Assembly (NCBI GenBank): GCA_965223865.1
Contig: OZ245020.1
Coordinates: 1,792,001-1,856,000, forward strand
Length of the DNA: 64,000 nt
Source of the DNA: Nitrosarchaeum sp.
Lineage (GTDB): Archaea; Thermoproteota; Nitrososphaeria; Nitrososphaerales; Nitrosopumilaceae
Direction of reading: 5' to 3'
In this document: positions 9,800 through 19,801 of the stretch, piece after piece
How the letters are laid out: each line of letters begins with the position of its first letter
How positions within the stretch are numbered: the first letter of the stretch is position 1
Notes under the pieces: model-generated
What the model was told of the DNA's origin: nothing
Databases searched by the model: none
What the model saw: the letters and a program-made list of their open reading frames with translations, nothing else
Translations under genes and position numbers: made by a program

Positions 9800-10573
9800 A
9801 TGGCAGTATTAGAAATAAAAGATCTTCATGTAACAAGAGAAGGAAAAGAAATTCTCAAAGGTGTAAATTTGAAAACAGGTCCTGGAGAAGTTCATGCCAT
9901 AATGGGACCCAATGGATCTGGAAAGAGTACATTAGCATACACATTACTTGCACATCCTAAATACGAAGTTACTCAAGGAGATATTTTGTTAGACGGAGAG
10001 AGCATTTTAGAATTAACAGCAGATGAGCTGGCAAAGAAAGGATTATTCTTAGGATTTCAATATCCAACTGAAGTTGCAGGTGTTGGCTTTTCTCATTTCC
10101 TTAGAACATCCTACAACTCCCTTAGTAAAGCATTGCAAGGTGAAGATAGAGAAGTATTCATTACAGTTAGAGAATTCCAAAAATATCTCAAAGACAATCT
10201 TAACAAAGTTGGTTTAAAAGAAGAATTTCTATCAAGATATCTAAATGAGGGATTTTCTGGAGGAGAGAAAAAACGTGCTGAAGTTTTACAAATGGCAGTG
10301 TTAAAACCAAAAATTTCGATTCTAGATGAACCTGACTCGGGGCTAGATATCGATGCGGTACAATCAGTCGCAAAGGCAATTAGCCAAGTCTCAGGAAAAG
10401 ATGCCACTGTAATTGTAATTACACACTATGCAAGAATTTTGAAATTCCTAGATAAATTGGACTTTGTGCATGTTTTTGCACAGGGTAAAGTGTTGAAGAC
10501 AGGAGATGCATCACTTGCAGATAAATTAGAAAGTGAAGGCTATGACTGGGTTTTAGAACAACAGGTGCAGTAA
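9800..10573 (+). CDS. sufC: Fe-S assembly ATPase SufC
   Basis: GPNGSGKST, FQYP, LNEGFSGGEKKR, LDEPDSGLDIDA. Confidence 0.96.
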   Translation: MAVLEIKDLHVTREGKEILKGVNLKTGPGEVHAIMGPNGSGKSTLAYTLLAHPKYEVTQGDILLDGESILELTADELAKKGLFLGFQYPTEVAGVGFSHFLRTSYNSLSKALQGEDREVFITVREFQKYLKDNLNKVGLKEEFLSRYLNEGFSGGEKKRAEVLQMAVLKPKISILDEPDSGLDIDAVQSVAKAISQVSGKDATVIVITHYARILKFLDKLDFVHVFAQGKVLKTGDASLADKLESEGYDWVLEQQVQ

Positions 10574-10734
10574 AAATACAAACTAAAGTTTTATTCAAAT
10601 CACTTCAATAAAGTCAATTATTTTCAGTTGTAAAAATTTGTTCAGGGAAAAAATCCTGACAAAAAAATATTGAAATTCAAGATCAGATAATCCAGTTTTT
10701 TGTTTAAATAGGGCAACTCAAAAAAATAAAATTA

Positions 10735-11412
10735 ATGGAACCTAATGATGATGAAAAATATTATTTTAATTTCTCATTCTTCCAAATAGATCCCAAATGG
10801 AGATGGATGGCAGACCTTGCAAAAGAAGAATCTGCAAGAGAAGTAGAGAATGTTATAAAAAATTCAGGAATTAAATTTAGATCTTATTCAACATTAGGAT
10901 TACGTTCAGATGCAGACTTTTTGTTTTGGTTTGCTGCAAAATCAATTGAAGAAATTCAAAATGCCATTTCTAAACTGTATCTTACGGTTTTTGGAAAGTA
11001 TGTAATTCCCACACAAACATACATTTCATGCACAAGACCATCAATTTATGCAAGAAAAGGAAGGATAATCTCATTTGTTGCAGGAAATGAATCAAAAAAA
11101 TATGTCATTGTTTATCCTTTCACTAAGACAAGGGAATGGTATCTATTACCACAAGAAGAAAGACAAAAAATGATGGATGAACATATTGATGTCAGTCAAA
11201 AATATCCAGATATTGTTCTAAATACAACATACTCTTTTGGAATCGATGATCAGGATTTTATGTTAGCATTTGAAACTGACGAATTAAGAGATTTTCAGGA
11301 TCTAATAATGGATTTGAGAGAAACAAAAGTATCCAAGTACGTTAAAGTAGACACCCCAATGATTCCTTGCGTAAAAAGAGACATCATGCCTCTAATAGCC
11401 AGTTTAGGCTAG
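10735..11412 (+). CDS. Chlorite dismutase-family heme protein (ChdC/HemQ-like)
   Basis: YPFTK..EWY..ER..MM.EH, YSFGIDDQDF; no distal Arg. Confidence 0.85.
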   Translation: MEPNDDEKYYFNFSFFQIDPKWRWMADLAKEESAREVENVIKNSGIKFRSYSTLGLRSDADFLFWFAAKSIEEIQNAISKLYLTVFGKYVIPTQTYISCTRPSIYARKGRIISFVAGNESKKYVIVYPFTKTREWYLLPQEERQKMMDEHIDVSQKYPDIVLNTTYSFGIDDQDFMLAFETDELRDFQDLIMDLRETKVSKYVKVDTPMIPCVKRDIMPLIASLG

Positions 11413-11521
11413 AAATTGAAACTCACTGATGCAAATATTGGATAAACATAAATGAAGAAATTTTATTGAAAAATTAGTTTGGAAGAACTAAGTCTTTCAA
11501 AATGAAATCAAACGATGTAAA

Positions 11522-12520
11522 ATGAAATACAAAAAACTAGGTAAAAGTGGAATTAAAGTATCAGAGATAGGATTTGGAGCATGGACTATTGCTCTAGATT
11601 GGTGGGGCAAGAAAATTGAAGAAGATGAAGCAAAACGTATGCTAAAAAAAGCCTATGATTTAGGAATTAATTTCTTTGAGACTGCAGATATGTATGGAAA
11701 GGGCAAAAGTGAAAAATTAATTGGCGAAGTATTCAATGGAATGAGAGATGAGATTGTAATATCTACAAAATATGGATATGATTTCTCAGAAGCAGATCAG
11801 ATTGGTCATGCAGAGCTTCCTCAAAATTTTGATAAAGAATTTACACGAAAAGCACTCAATGCATCACTTGAAAGACTACAAACAGACTATTTAGACTCTT
11901 TTGGATTACACAATCCTAAATTAAATCATATTAGAAATTATTCAACTTTTGATACTCTTGATGAGTTAATCAATGAAGGTAAAATAAAATCATCACAGGT
12001 TGCATTAGGTCCCGCTATTGGATGGACACAAGAGGGTTTGGAGGCAATGGACAGAAAAAGTGTTTCTGCAGTTCAAACAGTGTACAATATTTTAGAGCAA
12101 ACACCGGGGAATGAATTGATTGAAAAAGCTGAAAAACAAGATGTTGGGATTTTAGTTAGAGTTCCAGATGCATCAGGTATTCTTACTGGTAAAGTTAAAG
12201 CAGAAACTATCATTCCAAGTAATGATCATAGAAAAGACAGAAAAGTTGAATGGAGAAAATCTGCATTACAAAAAGTAGAACAGTTCAGACCAATTGCTGA
12301 ACGGAATGGATTAAACATAACTGAATTTGCAATAAAGTTCATACTCTCAAAAAAGTCAATCGCATCAGTATTACCTACAGTTATTAACGAAGAAGAGATT
12401 GAAACATTTGCGTCTATCTCTGATGGAAACTATCTTAGTTCCTCAGACATGAAAGAGATTGATGATTTGTATAATACATGGCCTCCATACGAATTAAAGG
12501 CTACGCCTCAAGCTAATTAA
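11522..12520 (+). CDS. Aldo/keto reductase
   Basis: LGKSGIKVSEIGFG, FFETADMYG.G.SE, SLERLQTDY. Confidence 0.93.
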   Translation: MKYKKLGKSGIKVSEIGFGAWTIALDWWGKKIEEDEAKRMLKKAYDLGINFFETADMYGKGKSEKLIGEVFNGMRDEIVISTKYGYDFSEADQIGHAELPQNFDKEFTRKALNASLERLQTDYLDSFGLHNPKLNHIRNYSTFDTLDELINEGKIKSSQVALGPAIGWTQEGLEAMDRKSVSAVQTVYNILEQTPGNELIEKAEKQDVGILVRVPDASGILTGKVKAETIIPSNDHRKDRKVEWRKSALQKVEQFRPIAERNGLNITEFAIKFILSKKSIASVLPTVINEEEIETFASISDGNYLSSSDMKEIDDLYNTWPPYELKATPQAN

Positions 12521-12526
12521 TCGCTA

Positions 12527-12865
12527 ATGGACAAATCAATGGATAAAGAAAAGACAATAGAAATCATAGAAAGACTCAAGCTAGCAAAGATAGGAGATTA
12601 TAAAAAATGGGAATTAATAATTAAAAAAATTAAAACGGATATTCCATTAAATTTAGGAGAAATTGAATATTTTTCAAACTTGACAAGAATTTACAAAGAA
12701 TCAACGATTTCAAAAAGAACAAGAATTTATCACACAAAATTATCAGAATACGATAAAAAACCACCCTGCCAGACTTGTGGGGATTTTTCAGAATATTATT
12801 GCAACATGAATGACCAATACTTTTGTTTAATTCATGTAGTAGGGCATGACGATAATGAAATTTAG
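12527..12865 (+). CDS. Hypothetical protein with C-terminal Cys/His zinc finger
   Basis: CQTC..YYC..FC..H..H. Confidence 0.65.
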   Translation: MDKSMDKEKTIEIIERLKLAKIGDYKKWELIIKKIKTDIPLNLGEIEYFSNLTRIYKESTISKRTRIYHTKLSEYDKKPPCQTCGDFSEYYCNMNDQYFCLIHVVGHDDNEI

Positions 12866-13878
12866 GAAGCAGGAATTGTTTCTTCTAGGTTAAAATCATT
12901 TTCAACAAAGTATTCGACTCTAGTTTTTTTGAATTCACGAGAGCTAAACAATATCTTGTAGTCATCAACATTAATTTGATTTTGAATAGTTTGAGCCATC
13001 TCTTTAGCTTCCTCATGGGTTTTACAATGAATCATAGAAAATACATTGTATGGCCAATCAGGATACGTTGGTCTCTCATAGCAATGACTTACTTGAGGAA
13101 ATGCTCCAAGTTTTCCTCCAACTTCAGAAATTCTATCTTCAGGAACCTTCCATACAATCATTCCGTTTGCAGTAAAGCCAACTTGCCTATGTCGAAGAAT
13201 TGCGGCAAATCTTCGCATTACTCCAATACTTTCATAGTATTTCATTTTTTCAAATAGATGTTCTTCAGTTATGCCTAGATTATTTGCAGCTTTTACAAAG
13301 GGTTCATCAATAATTTCCATATCTTTTTGAAGTTCACGAATGAATTTTTTGTCAGTTTCATTAGGTTCAAATTTTATGTTTTGAATTTCTTTTTTCTGTT
13401 CAGTTGGTGCAACTTGATGTTTTTTTTCATCAACCATATCTAGTTTTACACCTATTTTGAATAATTGAAGAGTTGGTAGCATTCGGACTTTTTTTATTCC
13501 TTTTAGCACATTGAATTTTTCAAGTTCTGTTTTCAAATCAGAACCAGGTGGTACAGCTAAAGTAAACCATAGATTAAACTGATGGTCACGCTCATAATTA
13601 TGACTCACACCAGGATGTCGATTAATTTGACTTGCTACATATTCTAATTTTTTTGGCTCAATCTCCATTGCGACAAGAGAGCTGGTATAACCTAATTTTC
13701 TTGTATCAAAAATAGCGCTTAGTTGTCGCAATACACCTGATTTTTTGAGGTCATTCATACGTTCTTTAATAATTTCTGGAGTCGTTTCAAATTTTTTTGC
13801 TATAGCTTCAAAGGGTCTGGTAACAAGTGGAAAAGTCCATTGAATTTCGTTTAGGATTTCTTTATCCAACTCATCCAT
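12862..13878 (-). CDS. Siroheme decarboxylase, fused AhbA-AhbB (Lrp/AsnC-like)
   Basis: Two Lrp-like halves with SHNYER and SHCYER..WPYN motifs; divergent from sirC-hemA. Confidence 0.9.
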   Translation of the reverse strand: MDELDKEILNEIQWTFPLVTRPFEAIAKKFETTPEIIKERMNDLKKSGVLRQLSAIFDTRKLGYTSSLVAMEIEPKKLEYVASQINRHPGVSHNYERDHQFNLWFTLAVPPGSDLKTELEKFNVLKGIKKVRMLPTLQLFKIGVKLDMVDEKKHQVAPTEQKKEIQNIKFEPNETDKKFIRELQKDMEIIDEPFVKAANNLGITEEHLFEKMKYYESIGVMRRFAAILRHRQVGFTANGMIVWKVPEDRISEVGGKLGAFPQVSHCYERPTYPDWPYNVFSMIHCKTHEEAKEMAQTIQNQINVDDYKILFSSREFKKTRVEYFVENDFNLEETIPAS

Positions 13879-13981
13879 TGAGGCCAATAAGTCAGTAACT
13901 AGTCTATTCAATTAAAAACTTAGCTAGAATTTTACGCCTCAGTTTTTAATACATAAATAGAAACTGTCGTCTTTTTGATCG

Positions 13982-14635
13982 ATGATAGTTGATCTGAACC
14001 TCCAAGGTAAAAAAGTAATTATCATCGGAGGCGGAAATGAAGCACTAAAGAGAATAAATTCATTGTTAAAACAACAATGCGATGTATTTGTAATTAGCAG
14101 TAAAGTAAATTCTCAGATTATCAAACTAGCCGAATCTAAAATAATAAAATTAAAAAAAATGAATATGGCTAATGTATCTATTCTTTCTAAATACAAACCA
14201 CATGTAGTAATTACTACTACAGATGACAGAAAATTGAATCAGGAAATAATAGAGTATGGGAAAAAAAATAAAATTATTACGTATAGTTCAGATAATCCAG
14301 ATGATAGTGATTTTGCAAATCCTGCAGTAATAGATATTGAAAACATCATACAAATTGCAATTTTTACTGGTGGAAGGAGTCCAGTAATGTCAAAAAAGCT
14401 GAAAATAAAATTTGAAGAGATTTTTAAAAAATCCGTAACAAAGGAGGAAATTGATCAAATTAAAATTCAAAAGATCGTCAGGGAGTTAGCCAAAGACAGA
14501 ATATCCACTCAAAAAAAGAGAAAAGAAGTTCTAAGCAATATTATGGCTGATAATGAGATTGATCAGTTAATAAAAGACGGAAAATTGAAAAAAGCTGAAA
14601 AACGGGCAATTACAATATTGAGAGATTGGGAATGA
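13982..14635 (+). CDS. Precorrin-2 dehydrogenase (SirC / CysG N-terminal type)
   Basis: IIGGGNEA Rossmann motif, DF.NPA, IAIFTGGRSP. Confidence 0.88.
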   Translation: MIVDLNLQGKKVIIIGGGNEALKRINSLLKQQCDVFVISSKVNSQIIKLAESKIIKLKKMNMANVSILSKYKPHVVITTTDDRKLNQEIIEYGKKNKIITYSSDNPDDSDFANPAVIDIENIIQIAIFTGGRSPVMSKKLKIKFEEIFKKSVTKEEIDQIKIQKIVRELAKDRISTQKKRKEVLSNIMADNEIDQLIKDGKLKKAEKRAITILRDWE

Positions 14636-15894
14636 AGCAAAACATCATAAATGCAAGGGTAACTTTTCGTGGATCTCCAATTCATGTTTTAGAAAGATTT
14701 ACAATTAGAGATTTAGAGGGAGCATATGAACAATTTAAGAAACACTCAGGATTAGATGAGTGTGTAATTATTCAGACGTGTAACCGAATTGAATTGTTTG
14801 GAAAATCAAAGGAATGTAATGCTGAAAAGATCAAAAAGACATGGGCATCATTGACGGGTTTAGAGGAAGAAGCATTCAAAGATAATTTAGAATTAGTTGA
14901 AAATCAACAAGCATTTCATCATCTTCTAAAACTCACATCAGGATTAGATTCAATGGTACTTGGAGAAGAACAGATTTTAGGCCAAATTAAAAATTCCATC
15001 ACAGAGGCAAGAAGTATCAAAGCATCAGGTCAGCATCTCAATACTCTTTTTGACAAAGCAATTAGAATAGGAACACGAATTAGAAATACCAGCGGTATTG
15101 GGCGAGGAGGAATTTCTGTTGGTTCTATGGCAGTAAAATTAGCAGAAGAAAATATTGATGAGTTAAAATTTAAAAAAATATTACTGATTGGAACAGGAGA
15201 AGTTTCAACTCTTGTTGCAAAATCCCTTCAAAGAAGAGGATATGGTTTTTCAGTAACTAGCAGAACTCTTGAAAGATCGAAGGCATTTTGTGAAACAATG
15301 GGAGGAAAGCCAGTTAAATTTGAAGATGTTTTATCAGGATTTGAAAATTATGATGTACTTTTTGTAGCAACTACTGCACCATACTTTCTTGTAACATATG
15401 AAAGGATTACAAATGCCATGAAGGAAAAGAAAACAGGTATGATGATTTTGGATTTGTCAAACCCTAGAACAGTAGATGAAAAAGTAGCAACTATTGGAGG
15501 TATTAAATTAATGAATCTTGATCAAATTGCTGAAATGGTTGAAAAGAATATGAATGCACGATTAAACAAGGTAAAAACCGTTGAAAATATAATTAATGAA
15601 GAAGTATCAGTTCTAGAAGCCTCAATGAAAAGACTAGATGCCGAACCACTCGTTAAAGATGTTTTCAAAAACATAGACTCTCTTAGAATAAAAGAATTAC
15701 AAAAAGCACTGCATATGCTTGATGAAAAAGATGAGAAAAAAATCAAGATAATTGAAGAGTTAACAAAGGCAGTAGTAGAAAGTATAGTATCTACTCCCAT
15801 GAACAATATTAGAAAGGCATCTGAGCAAGGAGATCCTTATGTTATTGAAATGGCAAGCAAATTATTTGACTATAAAAAGAGTCAATTAGACTAG
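14626..15894 (+). CDS. hemA: Glutamyl-tRNA reductase
   Basis: TCNRIE, GLDSMVLGEEQILGQ. Confidence 0.97.
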   Translation: MGMKQNIINARVTFRGSPIHVLERFTIRDLEGAYEQFKKHSGLDECVIIQTCNRIELFGKSKECNAEKIKKTWASLTGLEEEAFKDNLELVENQQAFHHLLKLTSGLDSMVLGEEQILGQIKNSITEARSIKASGQHLNTLFDKAIRIGTRIRNTSGIGRGGISVGSMAVKLAEENIDELKFKKILLIGTGEVSTLVAKSLQRRGYGFSVTSRTLERSKAFCETMGGKPVKFEDVLSGFENYDVLFVATTAPYFLVTYERITNAMKEKKTGMMILDLSNPRTVDEKVATIGGIKLMNLDQIAEMVEKNMNARLNKVKTVENIINEEVSVLEASMKRLDAEPLVKDVFKNIDSLRIKELQKALHMLDEKDEKKIKIIEELTKAVVESIVSTPMNNIRKASEQGDPYVIEMASKLFDYKKSQLD

Positions 15895-15919
15895 GATTAT
15901 ATTTTACCCTAAAGGATTT

Positions 15920-16906
15920 TTGAGTATGTCTTTTCCTATGAGACGACTTCGTAGATTAAGAACTTCTTCAAAAATGAGGGAGTTGGTACAAGAGACTAGT
16001 TTATCACCAAGAGATTTCATTTGCCCAGTTTTTGTTCAAGAAGATCTAAAGACAAGAATTAAAGTAGAATCAATGTCAGAGATAGAACGATTGCCTCTTG
16101 AAGACATTAATGATGAGGTAGGAACAATTTCAGATTTAGGCATACCTGCAATTATGTTATTTGGAATTCCAAGTAACAAAGATGAAGCTGGTTCATCAGC
16201 ATTTGATGATAATGGAATTGTTCAAAAGGCAATTTCCCAGATTAGAAAAAACTTTGGAGATAAAATGGTGATTATGGCAGATGTATGTCTGTGTCAATTT
16301 ACATCAACAGGACACTGTGGAATTATTCAAGGAAATAAAATCGATAACGATACTAGTTTGGACACTTTAGCAAAAATAGCCGTAAGTCAGGCAAAAGCAG
16401 GTGTTGATACTGTCTCACCATCTGCAATGATGGATGGTCAAGTAGCTGCGATTAGAGAAGCTCTAGACGGTGAAGGGTTTACTGATGTATCTATAATGTC
16501 ACATTCAGCAAAACATCGTTCTGGGTTTTACTCACCTTTTAGAGATGCTGCGGAATGTGCACCAAAATTCGGAGACAGAAAAACATACCAAGTTCCTTTC
16601 ACAAATGCAAGAGAAGCCATGTTGGAAGTTCAAACTGATATCAATGAGGGGGTAGATATTGTAATGATTAAACCAGCTTTATCATATCTAGATCTTATTT
16701 CAGAAACTAGAAAGAGATTCGACGTTCCAGTTGCAGCATACAGTGTTTCAGGAGAATATGCATTAGTTAAAGGAGCAGCAAAACAAGGTTGGATTGATGA
16801 AAAGAACATCACAGAAGAAATACTATATTCCATTAAAAGAGCAGGTGCAGACATGATTGTGACATACTTTGCAAAATCAGCAGCAACATTTCTTCAAAAA
16901 TCATGA
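15920..16906 (+). CDS. hemB: Porphobilinogen synthase
   Basis: DVCLCQFT.TGHCG, PSAMMDG, MIKP, AYSVSGEY. Confidence 0.97.
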   Translation: MSMSFPMRRLRRLRTSSKMRELVQETSLSPRDFICPVFVQEDLKTRIKVESMSEIERLPLEDINDEVGTISDLGIPAIMLFGIPSNKDEAGSSAFDDNGIVQKAISQIRKNFGDKMVIMADVCLCQFTSTGHCGIIQGNKIDNDTSLDTLAKIAVSQAKAGVDTVSPSAMMDGQVAAIREALDGEGFTDVSIMSHSAKHRSGFYSPFRDAAECAPKFGDRKTYQVPFTNAREAMLEVQTDINEGVDIVMIKPALSYLDLISETRKRFDVPVAAYSVSGEYALVKGAAKQGWIDEKNITEEILYSIKRAGADMIVTYFAKSAATFLQKS

Positions 16907-17214
16907 GAAATGATGAAAGATTTGAGATAGAAAGGGCTTTTGACTTATTGCCTCATGTGGTTGGTTGTAGTTGGGCTACAATTTGGTTTAGAATGAATGG
17001 AAACAAAAGACCCACAAGAGAAGAATTCCGAGAAAAGACAATAGAATACTTCAAAGTAATTGATCCTATCTTTGATTCATACCCAAAAGAGGAAAAATTT
17101 CAGGCAATTCAAAAATACATTAATTTTAGAAGAGATGAAGAAATCAAAAAGATTACGAACGGATTAAACAAAGAGGTCGAAAAGAGATATGACAGATATG
17201 TGGATTATGGTTGA
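16903..17214 (+). CDS. Hypothetical protein
   Basis: 103 aa, ATGA-coupled to hemB. Confidence 0.75.
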   Translation: MRNDERFEIERAFDLLPHVVGCSWATIWFRMNGNKRPTREEFREKTIEYFKVIDPIFDSYPKEEKFQAIQKYINFRRDEEIKKITNGLNKEVEKRYDRYVDYG

Positions 17215-17257
17215 TTTACTGAAATTTTTGATTAAAAATAAAAGAGAAAAGAGTGAT

Positions 17258-18166
17258 CTATTGCTCCAAGTTTAATGGAATAGATGCACTTCCATACGGT
17301 TCAGAGATTCTAAAGACATAATCTTTTGAAGAATCATAGATGAATTGTGTTCCACCATATCCAATATTTGGACCAAACAACATGTTGAATATTGCAGACT
17401 CTCCAGATTTCAGAACAATTTGCCCATTTGTAAAATCCATGCCAGAATACTTGAATGCCTTTTCACCATTCCAAACATCATAGTTACATACAGCAGGACC
17501 AGTACACATCATGGAAATATTATCTGATGAGCCATTATTTTCAGCTAGCATTCTAATTGAAAGAATTGCCTGACCAGATGGAGAAATTTCAAATGAATTT
17601 CCTTCACTTCCAAGATCGGCCCAATAATAAGTCAATGGTCCTACTTGGAAAGACTGACCATTTGTTTTTATTTTGTAAGCTTCAATTTGATGCTCAGCTG
17701 CTTTTTCACAGTTTAGTCTAGGATATGCTTTAGTAATCTCAGAACATTTTTCAAGCTCTGTTTCAAGGGAAGCTAATTTTGAATCATTAGTTGCTGATTG
17801 CATTGGAGCTTCAACTACAGGTTCAGAAGTTGAAACAGAGACAATACCAGTTTTTATCAGATGTTGAATTCCGTTAACAAATTCACCATCAGAAATTGTT
17901 CCATCAGCCCACCATCCTGCATTGTTTTTTACCCAAGCTGGTACACCTTCAGACGATTCAGCAGATACTGTTGTTGGAGGAACTACAATAATACCATCTT
18001 CTATAAGGAATTGAATCCCTTGTACAAATTCTGATTCAGAAATTGTTCCATCAGCCCACCATCCTGCATTGTTTTTTACCCAAGCTGGTACTTCTTCAGC
18101 ACTTGCAAAAGAAGTAATTGATCCTACTAAGAGAATTGCTGCAATTGTGGTTATTGTGGTTTTCAT
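17258..18166 (-). CDS. Secreted protein with two thaumarchaeal VPAWVKNNAGWW modules and a C-terminal beta-rich domain
   Basis: Signal peptide ending ASA, two ~49-aa repeats, Cys pairs. Confidence 0.85.
   Translation of the reverse strand: MKTTITTIAAILLVGSITSFASAEEVPAWVKNNAGWWADGTISESEFVQGIQFLIEDGIIVVPPTTVSAESSEGVPAWVKNNAGWWADGTISDGEFVNGIQHLIKTGIVSVSTSEPVVEAPMQSATNDSKLASLETELEKCSEITKAYPRLNCEKAAEHQIEAYKIKTNGQSFQVGPLTYYWADLGSEGNSFEISPSGQAILSIRMLAENNGSSDNISMMCTGPAVCNYDVWNGEKAFKYSGMDFTNGQIVLKSGESAIFNMLFGPNIGYGGTQFIYDSSKDYVFRISEPYGSASIPLNLEQ
17889..18091. repeat. Intragenic direct repeat of 56 identical bp (17889-17944 and 18036-18091)
   Basis: tcagaaattgttccatcagcccaccatcctgcattgttttttacccaagctggtac occurs twice, 147 bp apart. 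Confidence 0.9.
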
Positions 18167-18188
18167 TAACGTGTTTTTCCATTCATAA

Positions 18189-18224
18189 TATTTAAGCTGG
18201 TGCCAATAATTTGTCTAGTGCTAA
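18189..18224 (-). promoter_or_regulatory. Promoter with TTAGCACTA box (secreted protein gene)
   Basis: Minus strand TTAGCACTA-N20-TTAAATA; second copy TTGGCACCA inside the spacer. Confidence 0.7.
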
Positions 18225-18250
18225 ATTTTAAAAGAAATTGTAAAAATATC

Positions 18251-18288
18251 TAGTGGTAAACAAAATTTTCCATATTGGGCTTTTTATG
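18251..18288 (+). promoter_or_regulatory. Promoter with inverted box (DUF1722 gene)
   Basis: TAGTGGTAA-N21-TTTTTATG. Confidence 0.5.
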
Positions 18289-18310
18289 TAATCAACATCA
18301 AATTTGAAAA

Positions 18311-18868
18311 GTGAAGGAAAAGCAAGAATATTCCAATGTAGGATTGCCTGTTATTTCTGAGGATGATGTTAAAAATTATGTATTTGAGAGATTTGAAGAC
18401 GTTAAAAGGTTAAAAAAAATCAAAAATCTCGTGAATTTTCAGGCTATGAATAAGTACATGATAATGGCCCATAACCAAGAGCAACTCAAAAAGCTAGGAA
18501 ACATTGTAGCTAGTTATAAAAAAATCCCCTTTTCAGAAATTTTAGAGAGTTATGAAGAAAATCTAAGAATTGCTCTAAAGAAAAAACCAACCAAGAAAAT
18601 GCATACAAATGTAATTATGCATATTTTTGGACATTTTTCAAAAAAATTGAATCAATCTGATAAAGAATTGTTTTTTCAGTTATTAGAAGAATATAGAAAA
18701 GAAAAGATCAGCTTAGGAGATATTCTTGTAGAAATAAATCCAGTCATATTTAGATTCAACAATACCTATCTAGCTAGTCAGACCTACTTTTTATTATATT
18801 CAAACATTATTCCAGGAATTCCATTTCAATCTCTCAATAATGAAAACGTCATAAAGGATCTAAATTAA
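18311..18868 (+). CDS. DUF1722 (YbgA C-terminal-like) protein
   Basis: LV.FQA.NKY.IMAH....K.LG, H.NV.MH.FG.F, YL..QTY. Confidence 0.85.
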   Translation: MKEKQEYSNVGLPVISEDDVKNYVFERFEDVKRLKKIKNLVNFQAMNKYMIMAHNQEQLKKLGNIVASYKKIPFSEILESYEENLRIALKKKPTKKMHTNVIMHIFGHFSKKLNQSDKELFFQLLEEYRKEKISLGDILVEINPVIFRFNNTYLASQTYFLLYSNIIPGIPFQSLNNENVIKDLN

Positions 18869-18893
18869 AAAAAATAGCAAAAAATAAAATCCA

Positions 18894-18929
18894 TTAGCAC
18901 TATAAAATATAGTTAGCATTAGTTATATA
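18894..18929 (+). promoter_or_regulatory. Promoter with TTAGCACTA box (B12-binding regulator gene)
   Basis: TTAGCACTA-N20-TTATATA; second copy TTAGCATTA inside the spacer. Confidence 0.7.
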
Positions 18930-18950
18930 GTTTAATGAAACAAAAAATTC

Positions 18951-19793
18951 ATGGTATACATTAGAGCAAAGAAAGTAAAATCTGATCAATATCTTTATCT
19001 TGTCAAAAGTGTGTGGGATTCTCAGAAAAATACATCAAAACAAGAAATAATCAAGTATTTAGGAAAAGCATCTGATGTTGTAAAAGATGATATTCCTTCA
19101 GATTACAGAAATGATTCTAAAATATTATCTGTGTTGGCAAAATTTAATCCTAAAGATATTAAAAAAAGAGAAGATGCATCAAAAAAATCAAAACAGCAAC
19201 TATTTAAAAAATTAACAGAAGGAGATATTCAGGCTTCACTAAAGATCTATCAGGAATATACCAAAATTTTTGATACTCCAGATTTTTTTGATAAAATTCT
19301 AAAACCAGTAATGTATAAGATTGGAGACGATTGGGCTACTGGTAAAATCAGTATTGCAACAGAGCATGTAGCAAGTAATGTTGCACAAACCCTTGTTAAA
19401 ATTATAATGGATCAAGTTACTGGAAATGCCAACAAAAAGAAAGTCTTAATTTGTGTTCCTCTTGGAGAGGAACATCATCTTGGTTGTGACGTACTAGAAA
19501 CATATCTTTCAATTAAAGGATTCAAAGTATACAACATGGGAACATCAATGCCCACGGAATCTATTTTGAATTTCATCGATAACAACAATCCTGATGTAGT
19601 ACTATTATCAATAACCTTGGAGGATAATCTATCAGCAGGACAACGACTTGTAAGAAAGATCAAAGAACGATTTAACATTCCAATTTTGGTTGGCGGTTTT
19701 GCAATAGAGGGAGAAAATATCCCAAAGTTTGATGCAAAAATAATACCAAAATCATCACTAGAAGAAATCCCCAAGTTGATTAGAACAGCATAG
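18951..19793 (+). CDS. Cobalamin-binding protein with CarH/AerR-type photoreceptor signature and N-terminal basic beta-sheet domain
   Basis: Helix-bundle motif W-ATGKISIAT-EH (W-x9-EH); Rossmann EEHHLG (ExHxxG), LSIT, LVGG. Confidence 0.85.
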   Translation: MVYIRAKKVKSDQYLYLVKSVWDSQKNTSKQEIIKYLGKASDVVKDDIPSDYRNDSKILSVLAKFNPKDIKKREDASKKSKQQLFKKLTEGDIQASLKIYQEYTKIFDTPDFFDKILKPVMYKIGDDWATGKISIATEHVASNVAQTLVKIIMDQVTGNANKKKVLICVPLGEEHHLGCDVLETYLSIKGFKVYNMGTSMPTESILNFIDNNNPDVVLLSITLEDNLSAGQRLVRKIKERFNIPILVGGFAIEGENIPKFDAKIIPKSSLEEIPKLIRTA

Positions 19794-19801
19794 TTTATTT
19801 C

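Noticed and set aside
10735-11412. True chlorite dismutase
   Set aside because: The catalytic distal Arg is absent
12862-13878. Lrp/AsnC transcription regulator
   Set aside because: SHxYER motifs and tetrapyrrole context indicate siroheme decarboxylase
18951-19100. IS1634-like transposase remnant
   Set aside because: No DDE domain or terminal repeats; fused in frame to an intact B12 domain
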